A DNA stretch of 64,000 bases from Marsupella aquatica. Lineage: Eukaryota; Plantae; Marchantiophyta. The notes beneath the pieces are model-generated. The model worked only from the letters and a program-made list of their open reading frames with translations, made no database searches and had not been told where the DNA came from. Below, in pieces: positions 12,340 to 24,340 of the stretch. Where the stretch lies: assembly GCA_973895155.1 (NCBI GenBank), contig OZ316897.1:22171455-22235454 (forward strand), given 5' to 3'. Position 1 is the stretch's first letter. Each line of letters opens with the position of its first letter. The translations under genes were made by a program, and so were the position numbers.

Positions 12340-15300
12340 TTAGATGGCTGAATTTGAGGACTGAAGGTAGCTTGGGTTTCAACGTCACTTGCTGAAAGAC
12401 CCAAATTCATCTAGAAGGTTATCTCCTAATTGGTTTTGGATGTCCAAATTGATCCCTCCAGGAAGCGTTTCAACAAGAGCTGGCTCAGACTAGACTGGCA
12501 CTAATTTGAACTTATTTTTCCTATAATCCCTGGAACGCATAATCTTCTCAGCCTGATCTACACTGACTTGTTCGCCTTTTGATGGACCATGAATCCACAC
12601 ATAATGAGTAGCATTAGCTTTGAGAGATTTGTAACCAGTTCTACCAATTTCAACACCAGGTTTCCTAACAAAAGGGAGAATTACGGGGCTTCCAGTAGAA
12701 GAATCTATGAAAACAAGCTTATCCTCTTAAGCGCAAAACATTTGGTCCAAGGGAGAGGACGATGCACCTGCCTCGTCCTGAGGGGGAGTTGTGGCAGGGG
12801 AGCGACAAGCTTTCTTGGTTGAAAGGATCTCATCGAGTCGAGGTGGGCTAGGAATTGGGTGGCTGGCAGCGTCCTGCAAGGTGGTTTCCCAACCAACATC
12901 CAAGTTCGAAGACTGTTGCTCACGTTGTGCATCCTCTGCATGAAATGCGTCCCTCGAAGAAGGTACACCAGGAAGCTCGAGATCATCTCGACCATCATTT
13001 ACCTCATTAAATTTGGGCAATATTTCACCCTCCTCTTCCATGTAGCTTGGGATTTTGGGGCCCTCTATTTTGCGATGCTCCAAATTCTCCGCAAAAACTT
13101 CCTCAGAAACACTCGCCTCAACTGGAGCTGGAATCGAGGCCACTTCTTCCAAAACAGTAAGGGGACCGGCTTCAATGGCCTCAGATGGCAACGACTCTGG
13201 GGGTGGAATATATAAAACATGGCGGTTGTCATGGAGGCTCGCGCATAAGCTTTGATGAATTCCATCTCTTGAGCTGTGTCAGAATAAACAAAACAATCCC
13301 GACCAACAATGACGCAAGCTTTGAGGGTCTGCCCTCCGGAGAAGAAGTCAAGCACTGTGTGACCAGTGCTGGAGAAATAATCAACAAGATGCTTTGTCAT
13401 TCGTATAGGTTTAGCTTTGGGGTTTACAAAGCCCCCTCTCCAACCGACCATCTCATAAGACGGGGCCATCTTCTCCAATACTTCGACATCAACTCCAACT
13501 TCATCCTGCTTCTCTTTCCCTCTTTGTTGATCCTTGCTTTTCCCAGCGGAAGACCTCATCGGTAAGACGGTGAAGTCTTTGTCGTACTTAGCACTGTAAT
13601 TCCAGAACGCATAAAAATCATCGAAGAAAATTTGGGACCAGTCAGGCTCTTCATCACAACAAACTCCCCCAAAAATGATAGTGTCCCGTGCTCCTATGAG
13701 AAAGTCACCTTCCTCCTTGGGTACATCTTCACGGTAGTAACTACCGTACTCGAGCTTAGTGTGGACTTTCTTCTCATGACGGAACTTCTCGAAGGCACTC
13801 TGAATCTGGCCTATTAAAGGGCCCTGACGGACAAAAATAATTGCCAAAAACTCGGTTGAGTTAGACATCTCCACACAATATTCCAACAAGACAAAAATCT
13901 CAGCATCTGTCCACTGATGTTGTCGAATACGACCAAAGTCGACAAGGGCAAGTGCGCACGTATTATGAAAGGGTCCAACTGATTCCGGCTTCATCGTCCT
14001 CATAAGATTGTCGCTTAAAAAACTGCGATAAGGAGTATCCACCATAGCAGGAGTCCCACCAAACGTCTTGCAGTATATCTGCTCAAGCTTCACAATGAGA
14101 CTTTGCAGAAATGGTTCTTTGGCCCTATTTCTCTTTAGGAGATTGGACAGCCAAACCTCCCCAGCGAGCTGTCTCAGTTTTGGCAATTCACCGTGATCTA
14201 AAAATGCTGGCAAAAATTGAGTTAGCTCAAACCAAGTAAGTGAATCGGAAAAATGTTCGGGATACTTTAAAACGTAGTACTCCACAATTTTTTCCCTCAG
14301 CTTTGTCATGACTTTAAACGTGTGGGCCATGTCACTCATTGATTGAACATCAGATTTGTTCGCTGGGTCTTTCTTCAATAGAACCTTCTGATGATGAACG
14401 GCGGTGAACACCTTTAGAATGTCCTCACTACTGAGGTCCCCTTCAAAGCATCTAAACAATGCCGGTGTAATCATTTTTGTTGTCCGGCTTTTCCCATTCG
14501 TTTTTTAACCTAACTCACCAAGTCCATCAGGAAGAAGCCCCTTGACCCAATCGATGCACATTAGTCTCCAAGACTGGAACAGTTTCTCTTCCGAAAACAA
14601 CAACCAAAAAATATTCCTCAGGTCGGATTTTCTAATCGTTATTTTGGCCAAAGCCATGAAATCCTGATCCAAAGATAACAACAAAAGTCTGAGGCTCGAG
14701 ATGGTCTAGAGGTAGAATGAAGAAACTATGTTGAAATTTATTGAAAAAGACTTGAATACAAAAAATTGACCTCGAGGCTCGAGACAATCTCGAGCTAGAA
14801 GTGGATTTGAGTTCAAATATACCTGGAACTTTTGATGATCCATTAGTCTATTGGACCCAATCACGGGTCTCTTCATACGGCCACACTCGTCAAACTGTTG
14901 AGGGCATGGACCATAGTATCAAGAAAATAGGACTCATACTCCATTGTCTTGTTAACTGCATTTGCCCTTTATGAGTGTTGAGCAAGTATTGTTCTTGGAG
15001 TTTTGTCCGAAAGAATTCATGACTTTCGAAGCTGAAGACTCTTGGCGACCTCCTTCAACTTTGCATTGCTCTTAGACCAACCAATGATCCAAACTGCTGC
15101 CTTGGCCAAGTGTTGTCCACTAATTGCAAGGAATTGCACCTTCTTATTCTTCACACCCCACTCGAACTCCTTTCGATCCTCAGGAGTATTATCATAATGG
15201 AGCAACTGCGAACTCTCTCTTGAATACGGAATTAAATCCGCCACAGTTGGTACCATTCCAGGGTTTCTAACCATGGATTTTGCGATCTCCATGGCATGGT

Positions 15301-17787
15301 CCTTATTGAACATCCTATATACCAAAACTGCAGAAGGTGAATCTATACTAGTGACAGGAATGTCAAAAGTTTCATTCATGCCAAATGTGTAATACTCCTC
15401 AATCTCCTTAAGAACTTTGGCTCCTTCTTTAACGCTCTTTTCACCCGGAGCATCTCCTGGAGTGCCATCATCATCGGTATGTGCAATCACACTCGAAGAA
15501 GATGTCGGAATGAGATCTACCTTTACAGGCGCAAACTTTTTCTTAGGCGGAGCCTTCTTCGAAGCGCTTTCAGGTTTCTCAACCCTTTTCCTCTTTTGCA
15601 CCACCTTTGCCTCCTTCTTGTCCGAGCTTGACATCTTATCTCCTGAAGCTCCTGATTTCCCTTTACCTGTTTGTCTCCGATGACACAACACCCACTTCTT
15701 ACACCCTTCCTCGTCAAATTCACCAGCTCCAAAAACAAAATCAGGGGAAATGGATTGAAACTCTCCCACCTTGGAATCTGACATTATTCTCAAAACCTTC
15801 CAAGTGAAAGGAGTCGTGAATTCATTGTCATGATCAAAACCGTATTTCCGGCAATACAAGAATCCAAAAATTATATCTGCCCCAGTCATTTTGGACTCTT
15901 CCAACAGATTACTGGCAGTAAATCCATCGGGGAAGAATCCCATTGGTATCACGCTCAGTTGTTTCCTAGGAGCACATTCAATATTAAGATCGCACGAGTA
16001 GTTCTTGGAGTGAAGCCTAATGAGAGCCCATTTCCCACTCTCATGGTTCTCCACCGTCAAGACCATGTCCTTACCATTACTTGTGACAATGGAAACAACA
16101 GGCCCAAGTAAGCTGCAAACTAGAGGTTCGGTAGATGGAGACCTCGTCTTCAAACAAATAACTGACCCCTCCATCTCCTCAATTTCAGCTAGCTCAATGG
16201 CCCAACAAAATCCTATATCAGTTTGTCCAAGGCACAAAACCTCAAGGGCATGTTCATCTTCAACAATCAAATTGGGCAATCCCAATTTTGCACCTGGAAA
16301 AAATGAAAAATAGACCAATTGTCAGAATCACAGAAACGAGAAATCCCGTAAGAGGCTCGAGACGATCTCGAGCTTCCCTCACCCATTAACATAGTTGAAC
16401 TCAAATAAGTACAAAACCGTTGTTTCATGGCCAGATGTATTTGGGGGGAGGAATTGATTCTAAAATATCATAAACCCACCTACCAATCACCTTTTCGAAC
16501 CCCAATCATCAATGGAAACAAGTTGGAGGGTATTTCACAATCTATAGATGGCAAGCATGGAATACAATGGAAGCTCGAGATGATCTCGACCCTAAATTCA
16601 TGAACAATACTTTAGAAATAGAATACAGGAAGAGTCAATCGTGGCTAAACAGTCAACATTATCTAAATCTTTGCATTGTCATATTTTGTCATAGGAAAAC
16701 ATTGATTCTCAATTATGAGAATCTCCATCGAATACGAACATCATACTCAAAAGTTGACCAAGTTTACGTCTAACACCGACTTCAAAAACTCTCTAACTCG
16801 GGATGATTTCCATGATCAGAATGAGTTGGAGAGTACAGAAGTCGTTGACAGAAGCAAGCTTGGTCAACTTTTGATAGGATGTTGGTTTTCGACAGACGTG
16901 GTCTTCCATACACAAAAAATCTGACAAGGCAAAAATTTAGTACATTGTTGATGAATTGGATATTTTAATACTTGGGTCAAGATGATCTCGACCCAAGTCT
17001 CTAAAAGTTAGAATACAGAGACTCACAATTGGCATTGGTTCACCGTTAACTAAATCTTTGCATTATCATGTTTCTTCACTGAAGACATTGATTCGCAAAT
17101 ATGAGAATGTCGATCGAATACGAACAACATACTCAAAAGTTGTCCAAGTTTACCTCTAGCAAAGGCTTCAAAAACTCTCTAACTCGGGATGATTTCCATG
17201 ATCAGAACAAGTTGGAGAGTACAGAAGTCGTTTTCAGAAGCAAGCTTGGCCGACTTTTGATATGATGTTGGTTTCCAAAGGAGATTGTTTTCCATCGGAA
17301 ATAACAAAACATCCGTCAAATACGAACAACATATTCAATAGGAATCTAAATCTGCCTTTTCCATAATCCCTTTTGGATATGCTGTTAGTATTTGACAGAT
17401 ATAGCATGACAGATACATCAACATGAAAATGACAGAAACCTCTTAACTTTGTGGATATTAGGCTCGAGACGATCTCGAGCCTAATCTCAGTTACAAACGA
17501 TAAACTTGTTCACTTTGAAGCCACCTCTTGAAGCAAAGTAATGCAAAAAATATCAATCGGCTCGAGATGATCTCGACCCTCAAGTGGATCAAAAACCAAG
17601 TATGATTTGAAGCTTGAGATGATCTCGAGCCAAACCTCCATCTAACAATGAGAAAAGATAATATATTACGTTTGATTGTGCGGTGGATGTTCTGCGATGA
17701 ATCTAGAAGGGTCTGAAGCTCCATCGCTACAGTTGATGCGTCGTACTCGGCGAAGTTATCCTTGGAGAAATCTACAACGGTCGACAT
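12340..17787 (-). pseudogene. Gene C: second ParB-like + MTase-like gene with degenerate catalytic motif (element X)
   Basis: ParB-like VQFLAISGQHLAKA in ORF 15017-16318; MTase C-terminal half NPKAKP...FSSTGHTVLDFFSGG in ORF 13065-14474; LALVDFGR at the apparent DPPY position; phase-0 intron 14664-14822; probable first exon from ATG 17787; several stops and frameshifts; both ends approximate. Confidence 0.72.
16570..17290. repeat. ~390-bp tandem duplication, each unit starting at an X palindrome
   Basis: Shared blocks such as TTCAAAAACTCTCTAACTCGGGATGATTTCCATGATCAGAA at ~16781 and ~17167. Confidence 0.8.
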
Positions 17788-17999
17788 GGCTACTGGATAG
17801 TGGATACTAGATCTGGGTGATATAAGAAAAATATTATCTCGAGGCTCACAGGAAAATCTTGATCCAAACGGCTATAAAATATCTTGAGGCTCAAAGGGGA
17901 TCTTGACCCTAAACAAGTCTCGAGGAAAAAATGACGATCTAGAGGCAAAAGCGACGAAATATCTAGAGGCAATAAGCAAGAGGCGAGTGAGGCGCGGAG

Positions 18000-18290
18000 G
18001 GGAGGTAGGCAGGGAGGCGAATGTGCAAATGAGGGTGGCGACGTTGTGAATGTGGACTATAAGCCGCTCGGTCGGCCCTGAGTCAGGCTAGGGTGCCCGG
18101 CGACGGATGCCTGGCCACGTGTAGGATGCCACGCGCCCATGCGTGGGAGTGAATCTTGAGTTGAGTCATGATGACGGTGCTGTCACACGTACTGTCATTA
18201 TTGCGGTCCGTACTTCACCCTGCCGCTAGTTCATCCCTGCCATTGGTTTGACAGAGCCATCTGGTCAGGCAGGATTTTATATATTGCTCG
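18000..18290. promoter_or_regulatory. Probable divergent promoter between gene C (-) and the transposase-like gene (+)
   Basis: GC-rich island with CACGTG (18116) and TATA-like TTTATATA (~18276), followed by a pyrimidine-rich 5' UTR-like tract; the flanking genes point away from it. Confidence 0.4.
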
Positions 18291-18942
18291 TTTTTCCTCC
18301 CCACCGGGTCATTCTTCAGATATCATTTCATTGCTCGCTTCCTGCTCCCCTCATTCTCTCTCTTATCCCTCTTCCTGCCCCTGCCTCTCGCTCCCTGTTC
18401 TCTGGCTCTAGATTTTTTCTCGAATCCCTTTCTCTCTCAGTTGTTTATTTGGTTTTGGAGACATTCTCATTTGAAGCCATGAAGTTGGTCTAAAATAATT
18501 GAACCCATACCTTTTAGAATACCAAACCATTTATGCTTAAAACATTGCCACTCAGAATCCATTTGTGATCCTTTTCTCTTTTTTTTGAAGCTATTTCTCA
18601 TTAGTCTTCTATAAGCCTACTTTATGTATTTCAATGTCAAACTTTTACCTCTAGATCATCTAGAGCTCCTCAATCATAACAACATATTTTTCAATTAGAG
18701 TGCCATTTGTGGCTCGAGATCGTCTCGAGCTTTAGGTATCTTCCTGGGAATTGTCTATTTTTGTTTCTAGCTCCTTTAAATCCACAAGTATTTAAGTATC
18801 TTTCCTTCTCTTGCGTGAGTTCATGCTTCTCTGAGGAGTTATTATGAGCTGTTGTTTCTATGCACTTCATAGTTCTTCTTCTAGGGTGGATTATTGATTG
18901 TTGGAAGTATAGAATTCCCTCTTCATGTGGATTTTATATTCT

Positions 18943-19176
18943 ACCTCGAGATTGTCTCGAGCTGAAGACTTTGTTAATCTATATCTCATGGTTTTTGTGG
19001 TCCATTCTTTACCTCGAGATCGTCTCGAGCTGAAGACTTTGTTAATCTATATCTCGTGGTTTTTGTGGTCCATTCTTTACCTCGAGATTGTCTTGAGCTG
19101 AAGACTTTGTTAGTCTATATCTCGTGGTTTTTGTGGTCCATTCTTTACCTCGAGATCGTCTCGAGCTAAAGACTTC
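18943..19176. repeat. 68-bp tandem repeat (~3.4 copies), each with a CTCGAGA-N3-TCTCGAG palindrome
   Basis: Units start at 18943, 19011, 19079 and 19147. Confidence 0.92.
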
Positions 19177-19260
19177 TTAATCTGTTACTGCTAGTTCAGT
19201 TGGTTTATTTTTGCTAGTCACTTTACCTCAAGATCATCTCGAGGTACAACAGCTTCCTAT

Positions 19261-20480
19261 TTGGAACATCTTTTCCAAATGGGGATATTCTTTCGAGGAG
19301 ACGAGGTTTCCCTCTTACTTGACGGAGTTGAAGTTGCCTCTGGAACAGTCCTTAAGGTTGACCTTGGTGACTCAGTGCGTAACGTTGATTTGGGTATTAA
19401 TCGTATAGGAGTTCTTATTGAGAGGTGCTATGATGGATCTCGAGAAATTCCATTCCCATTGCCACCGATCAGGACACTTTTTGATGTTGTAGACTCCTGC
19501 ATTATTTGGGATGCCTCTTTTGCATATTTGAGGTCACAGTCAACTCCAGTGATGACACAAGTGGATGCTACATGTTCTACAAATGATACATTTCCCAATT
19601 GCTTACCTGAAAAATCTGCGGTGGGAAGTTTGGGAGACTCAATTATGGATGGCAATGAAGTGGAGCTCTCGATTGGAAATCAGATTGTGTGTCAAGGATT
19701 TGTATTCAAGACGAAACCCGATGAGACTTGTCACAATGAAAGACTTGGCCCTGATAGGATTAGTGTGAAGATATGTGAAGTTGTTCAAGGAATGGAGAGG
19801 TTACCCTTTCCGCACGCTGGAGCCGATACCGTTCAGGAAGGATTGGACAGTTTTGTAATCTGGAATTTAAGGAATGTTCATCGGAGGAGTTCTTCCCATG
19901 ATTTACTAGATGAGCCGTCCGCACAGGATGTTTTTGGAAATTATAATTTCAAAGATTATAGTTTGCGTTCGAACTGGATGGCGGAGGAAGTGGAATTGTA
20001 TGTTGATGATAATCGGACCAAGGTCGGGCTTGGCATCATCACATTCCTTTCGAGTCTGGTGCCATTGATGATGAGGTTCTTGGGCCAAATCACGTTGGGG
20101 TTGTTGTCACACACGTGATTGACCCTCAATTTTTCCTGAATATCTCCCCCGGAGTGCCGGGTCTTGTTAGGTGGGCCATCCGTTCACTTGTGCTGATATC
20201 AAGGGGGATTTTTCTTCTGGATCTCATTGGAGAGGTTTCTCCCGAGCCAATTATTGATGGTCGAGATTGTCTAGAGGTAGATATGAATGGTCACACTAAG
20301 TTTTCAAAACGGCCTTATAATTTCATCAAGAGAATGAAGGGAAACCCTGATGAAAAAAGGAAGAAGCACCTGGAGTCGAGGGCAATTCTGAAAATCACAG
20401 AGGAGGAAATTGATTCCATCCAAAGAGAAGGTTGTTGTAAGTTGAAGTGTTGCCTCAACATGCCGAGAGAAGACCTTATG
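19261..20480 (+). pseudogene. 5' part of the element X transposase-like gene: three tandem Tnp1/En-Spm (TnpA C-terminal)-like domains followed by a CCxxxCC segment
   Basis: Repeated EVxL...V(A/C)xGxV...LGxxR(I)xV...LPFP...W units; frameshift near 20070; GCCKLKCCLNMPRE resembles, from memory, the N-terminal region of DUF7869-type bryophyte transposase-like proteins; fused directly to gypsy protease sequence at ~20481. Confidence 0.55.
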
Positions 20481-23400
20481 GGGAGGAGACGTAGAAGAAG
20501 GTTACCCAAAGTTGGGATTGACCCCATACAAGTCAATTGGGTCACAGAGGATTTGGGTGCCCCAGAACTCACAATAGACATCAACGGATGTGCAATACGG
20601 TTTGTACCGATGGATGGTGGTTCGGGAATCAACATCATGACTGAGGAGACAACCAATCAATTGGGGTATACGGAGTTAGAGCCACCGGCACGTGCCATGA
20701 GGCTGGCTGATGGGGCACGGGTGGTGCCGCTGGGGTGTCTCACCAAGATTCCAACAATGATTGGGGGAAAATCTTTTCCCCTCAACTATTTGGTGATGCG
20801 ACCCGTTCGGCCGTACGGTTTTCCCATCTTAATTGGCAGGCCATGGTTGTATCTGGCCAAAGTGACGAGCGATTGGGGCAAACGGCAGTTTCGGTTTGGA
20901 ACCCCCACTATTATCATTCCCTGGTCAGCGGAGTCACCTCAAGGGGAGACTACCTCTATGGAAGAGCAATATGATTCAGAGGTCACCTCAGAGGAAGATG
21001 AGGATGAAGTATACATGGTGAAGCTGATTTCTCATCTAACGGAGGAAGATGTCTTTGGTCCACAAGCTGCTACCTTTGAGGAGGGAATTATGGAAGTACC
21101 ACTTGACCAGAGTTGTGTTGTGCAGAGGAAAACCAAGGAAGAGCCACCTACACCACCCCTGGCCCAGCTTATTGATACTCAAGAGCAGGAACAAACGGAG
21201 GAGGAGGGGCAGGAAGCTCAAGCCATTCTGTTTGACAATGAACGAAGGGAGGAGTGGCTGAATGACCTCTTAGATGAAGAATTTAGAGAGGAGCTACTGT
21301 CACATTACAAAGAATCTGACGTGGAAGAAATGATGGCCCATGTGGCAAAAGACCCACCCCCAACTCGGCCAGACCAGGAGGAGAGTGATGCACCTGTGTA
21401 TGGAGGGATGAGGCTTGCACGGCTGGAGGAGACCTTTGATGAGGAGACACGCAACAAGCTGGACGTGATCAGGCCGGAGCAATACACAAAGGTGGAGGTG
21501 GGTGAAGGCAAGACACTCAACATTGGCAGCAAGTTGGATGCTACGGAGCAACACACCATTCAGAATACCAAGACGTATTTGCGTGGAGCCACCAAGATTT
21601 GAAGGGAGTGCCACCTGAGTTTGGTGAGCATAGCATTGACTTGATGTCAGGAGCCCGGCCGGTGAGGCAACGCCAATACCGTCTCAATCCCAAGTACTCA
21701 CTCATGGTGAAGGAGGAGATTGACCGTTTGTTGGATGCAGGCTTCATTTATCCTGTCATGCACAGTGAGTGGGTATCACCCATCGTGATTGTGCCCAAGA
21801 AGAAAGGGGCAGACGGTAAGGTGAAGATACGGGTGTGCTAAGATTTCCGGAAGCTGAATGACGCCACCAAGAAGGATCACTATCCACTGCTGTTTACTGA
21901 CATTGTGTTAGATATGGTGGCCGGTTGGGAGATTTACAGCTTCCTAGATGGTTACTCTGGATACAATCAAATCTGGATACGGGAGGAGGATCAACTCAAG
22001 ACGGTTTTCACCACGGAGTGGGGGATTTTTGTATTCCGTAGAATGCCTTTTGGGTTGTGCAATGCCCCTGGCATGTTTCAACGACTCATGATGAATATAT
22101 TTCATGACTTTTTACGGAGGTTCTTGGAGATCTTTATTGATGACTTTGCTGTCTACGGCAAACAAATCAAGCACCCTAAACACTTACGGTTGACTTTTCA
22201 GCGGTGCCAGGAGACTTGCTTGAAGCTACATCTTGAAAAATGTTTTTTTGGAATTGAGGAGGGGACCCTATTGGGCCACAAGGTGTCGGCTCGTGGAATT
22301 GAAGTTGATCGTGAGAAGGTAGCCGTGTGGGTAGCAGTCTCGTTTCCCAAAAACGTGAAGGAAGTGAGAGGGTTCTTGGGGTGCGTTGGCTACTACCGCC
22401 GCTTCATCAAGGACTTTGCCAAGGTAGCCATGCCACTCACATCCATGTTGAAGAAGGGAAGTGAATTTGAACCTACTCCTTCCCGTCAAGCTGCTTTTGA
22501 TGAACTAAAGAAACGTTTGCTAGAGGCTCCCGTACTCATCACGCCTAATTGGAATAAGGAGTTTCACGTTTACGTAGACGTATCCGGGTTTTGCATCGGT
22601 GCCGTCTTGAGTCAGTTGGATGAGGATGGGAGGGATCATCCCATCTACTTTGCCAGTAGGCAGTTGGCCCCGGCAGAGAAGAACTACTCACCCACCGATA
22701 GGGAGGCTCTTGGTATCATTTACGCTTGTAAGAAGTATCGTCATTATTTGTTGGGTTACAAGGTTGTGTTCCACACGGATCACAACAGTTTGAAATACAT
22801 GGTTAACAAGCCAGATCTGTCTGGGAGAATTGCACGATGGGTCCTCTTATTACAGGAGTTCAACTATGAGGTGAGGGTGAGATCCGGGAAGAGTCACAGC
22901 AATGCTGACTTCTTCTCCCGTATTGAGGGACCATCTGACTCTCAAGAGATTGATGATCGTTTTCCCGATGAAGAAGTCTTCAAGGTGACTACAGAGGCCA
23001 CTACTTGGTATGGAGAAATTCTTGAATTTCTCCGTACGGCCAGGATTCCATTACGATTGGGTCCGGAACATGCAGCAGTGTTCTTACGTAAGACGGGGCC
23101 CTACTTGCTTGTGAAGGGAGTACTTCACAAATACGGCATGGATGGACGCCTTCGTTGTTGTTTGGAGGAGGCTGAGATACGTACAGTCATGGCGGCACTA
23201 CATGAGGAAGAAGCTGGTGGCCACTTTGCACGGGAAACCACCGCTAGGAAGATACTGGATGCGGGATATTGGTGGCCCACACTTTTCCGGGATGTGCACA
23301 GGTACATCCAGAGATGTGACCCCTGCCAACGCCAAGGCAGACCAGGGCCCTCCTCCCGGCACCCATTGGTGCCCATACTTCCCCTTGCACCATTCGAGAA

Positions 23401-24340
23401 ATGGGGGGTTGATTTCATTGGTCCCTTTACTCCCATTACACGGAGGGGGAGGAAGCGCTATATCATATTGGCCACGGACTATGCCACCAAGTGGGTGGAG
23501 GCCAGGGCAACAGCAAAGGATGATGCCAACACCACTGCACGGTTCTTGTACGAGCAGATTTTCACACGGTTTGGGCCACCCTTGGAGCTTGTGAGTGACA
23601 GGGGTACTCACTTTCTCAATCATACGATTGAGCGTTTGACGGAGAACTACTTGATCTCACATAGGAAAACCACTCCGTACCATCCACGAGCCAATGGGCT
23701 CACAGAGAGAGCAAATGGGATCATGGGCAAGATCCTTAATAAGACGGTATCAGCTCACAAGACAGATTGGGATTTGAAGTTGCTGGCTGCTACGTACGCC
23801 TACAACCTGGCTCACAAGACCACCACTGGCCACAGCCCCTACTTCCTTGTGTTTGGTCAACACTCTCTTGTGCCGGTGGAATTTGAGGTTCCCACCATTC
23901 GAATCTTAACACGAGAAAGGGAAGGGGAAGAAAGTAGTGTAGCTGCACGGATCCAACAGTTGGAGCAACTTACAGAGGTACGAGAGGAGGCTTTGACGAG
24001 CACGGAGCAACAGCAAGGCAAACAGAAGTTACACTACGATTCCCATCTCCGCCGTGTGTCCATTGAGGAGGGAGATTTGGTGCTCCTCTATGACAGTCGT
24101 TTCATGCATTTCCCGGGGAAGCTACATACACGTTGGATGGGGCCCTACATTGTCGATGCAGTCTACTCCAATGGGTCAGTTCAGCTCAAGACGCTGGAAG
24201 GGCAACTACTCAACACATGGATTAATCAAGAACGCCTGAAGAAGTACTACACGGAGGAGGAGTATGGTGCTCGCGGGGGCGCTTCGCAATTAAGAGAGGA
24301 GCTATGTGACGGGGTCCCCGTCTCGAAAGGTCATCATTAG
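20481..24340 (+). pseudogene. pol: pol of gypsy copy 2 (frameshifting deletion at ~21563, TAA at 21839)
   Basis: ORFs 20115-21602 (3' part), 21599-21841 and 21905-24340 are collinear with copy 1 Pol. Confidence 0.92.

Noticed and set aside
7345-16318. Bacterial or phage contamination, or a restriction-modification/partition operon
   Set aside because: The genes contain GT-AG introns and are interleaved with plant TEs that have proper TSDs; no ParA or restriction nuclease seen
20115-21602. 495-aa ORF as a real transposase-protease fusion protein
   Set aside because: Chimeric in-frame deletion junction at ~20481 between the X gene and gypsy pol
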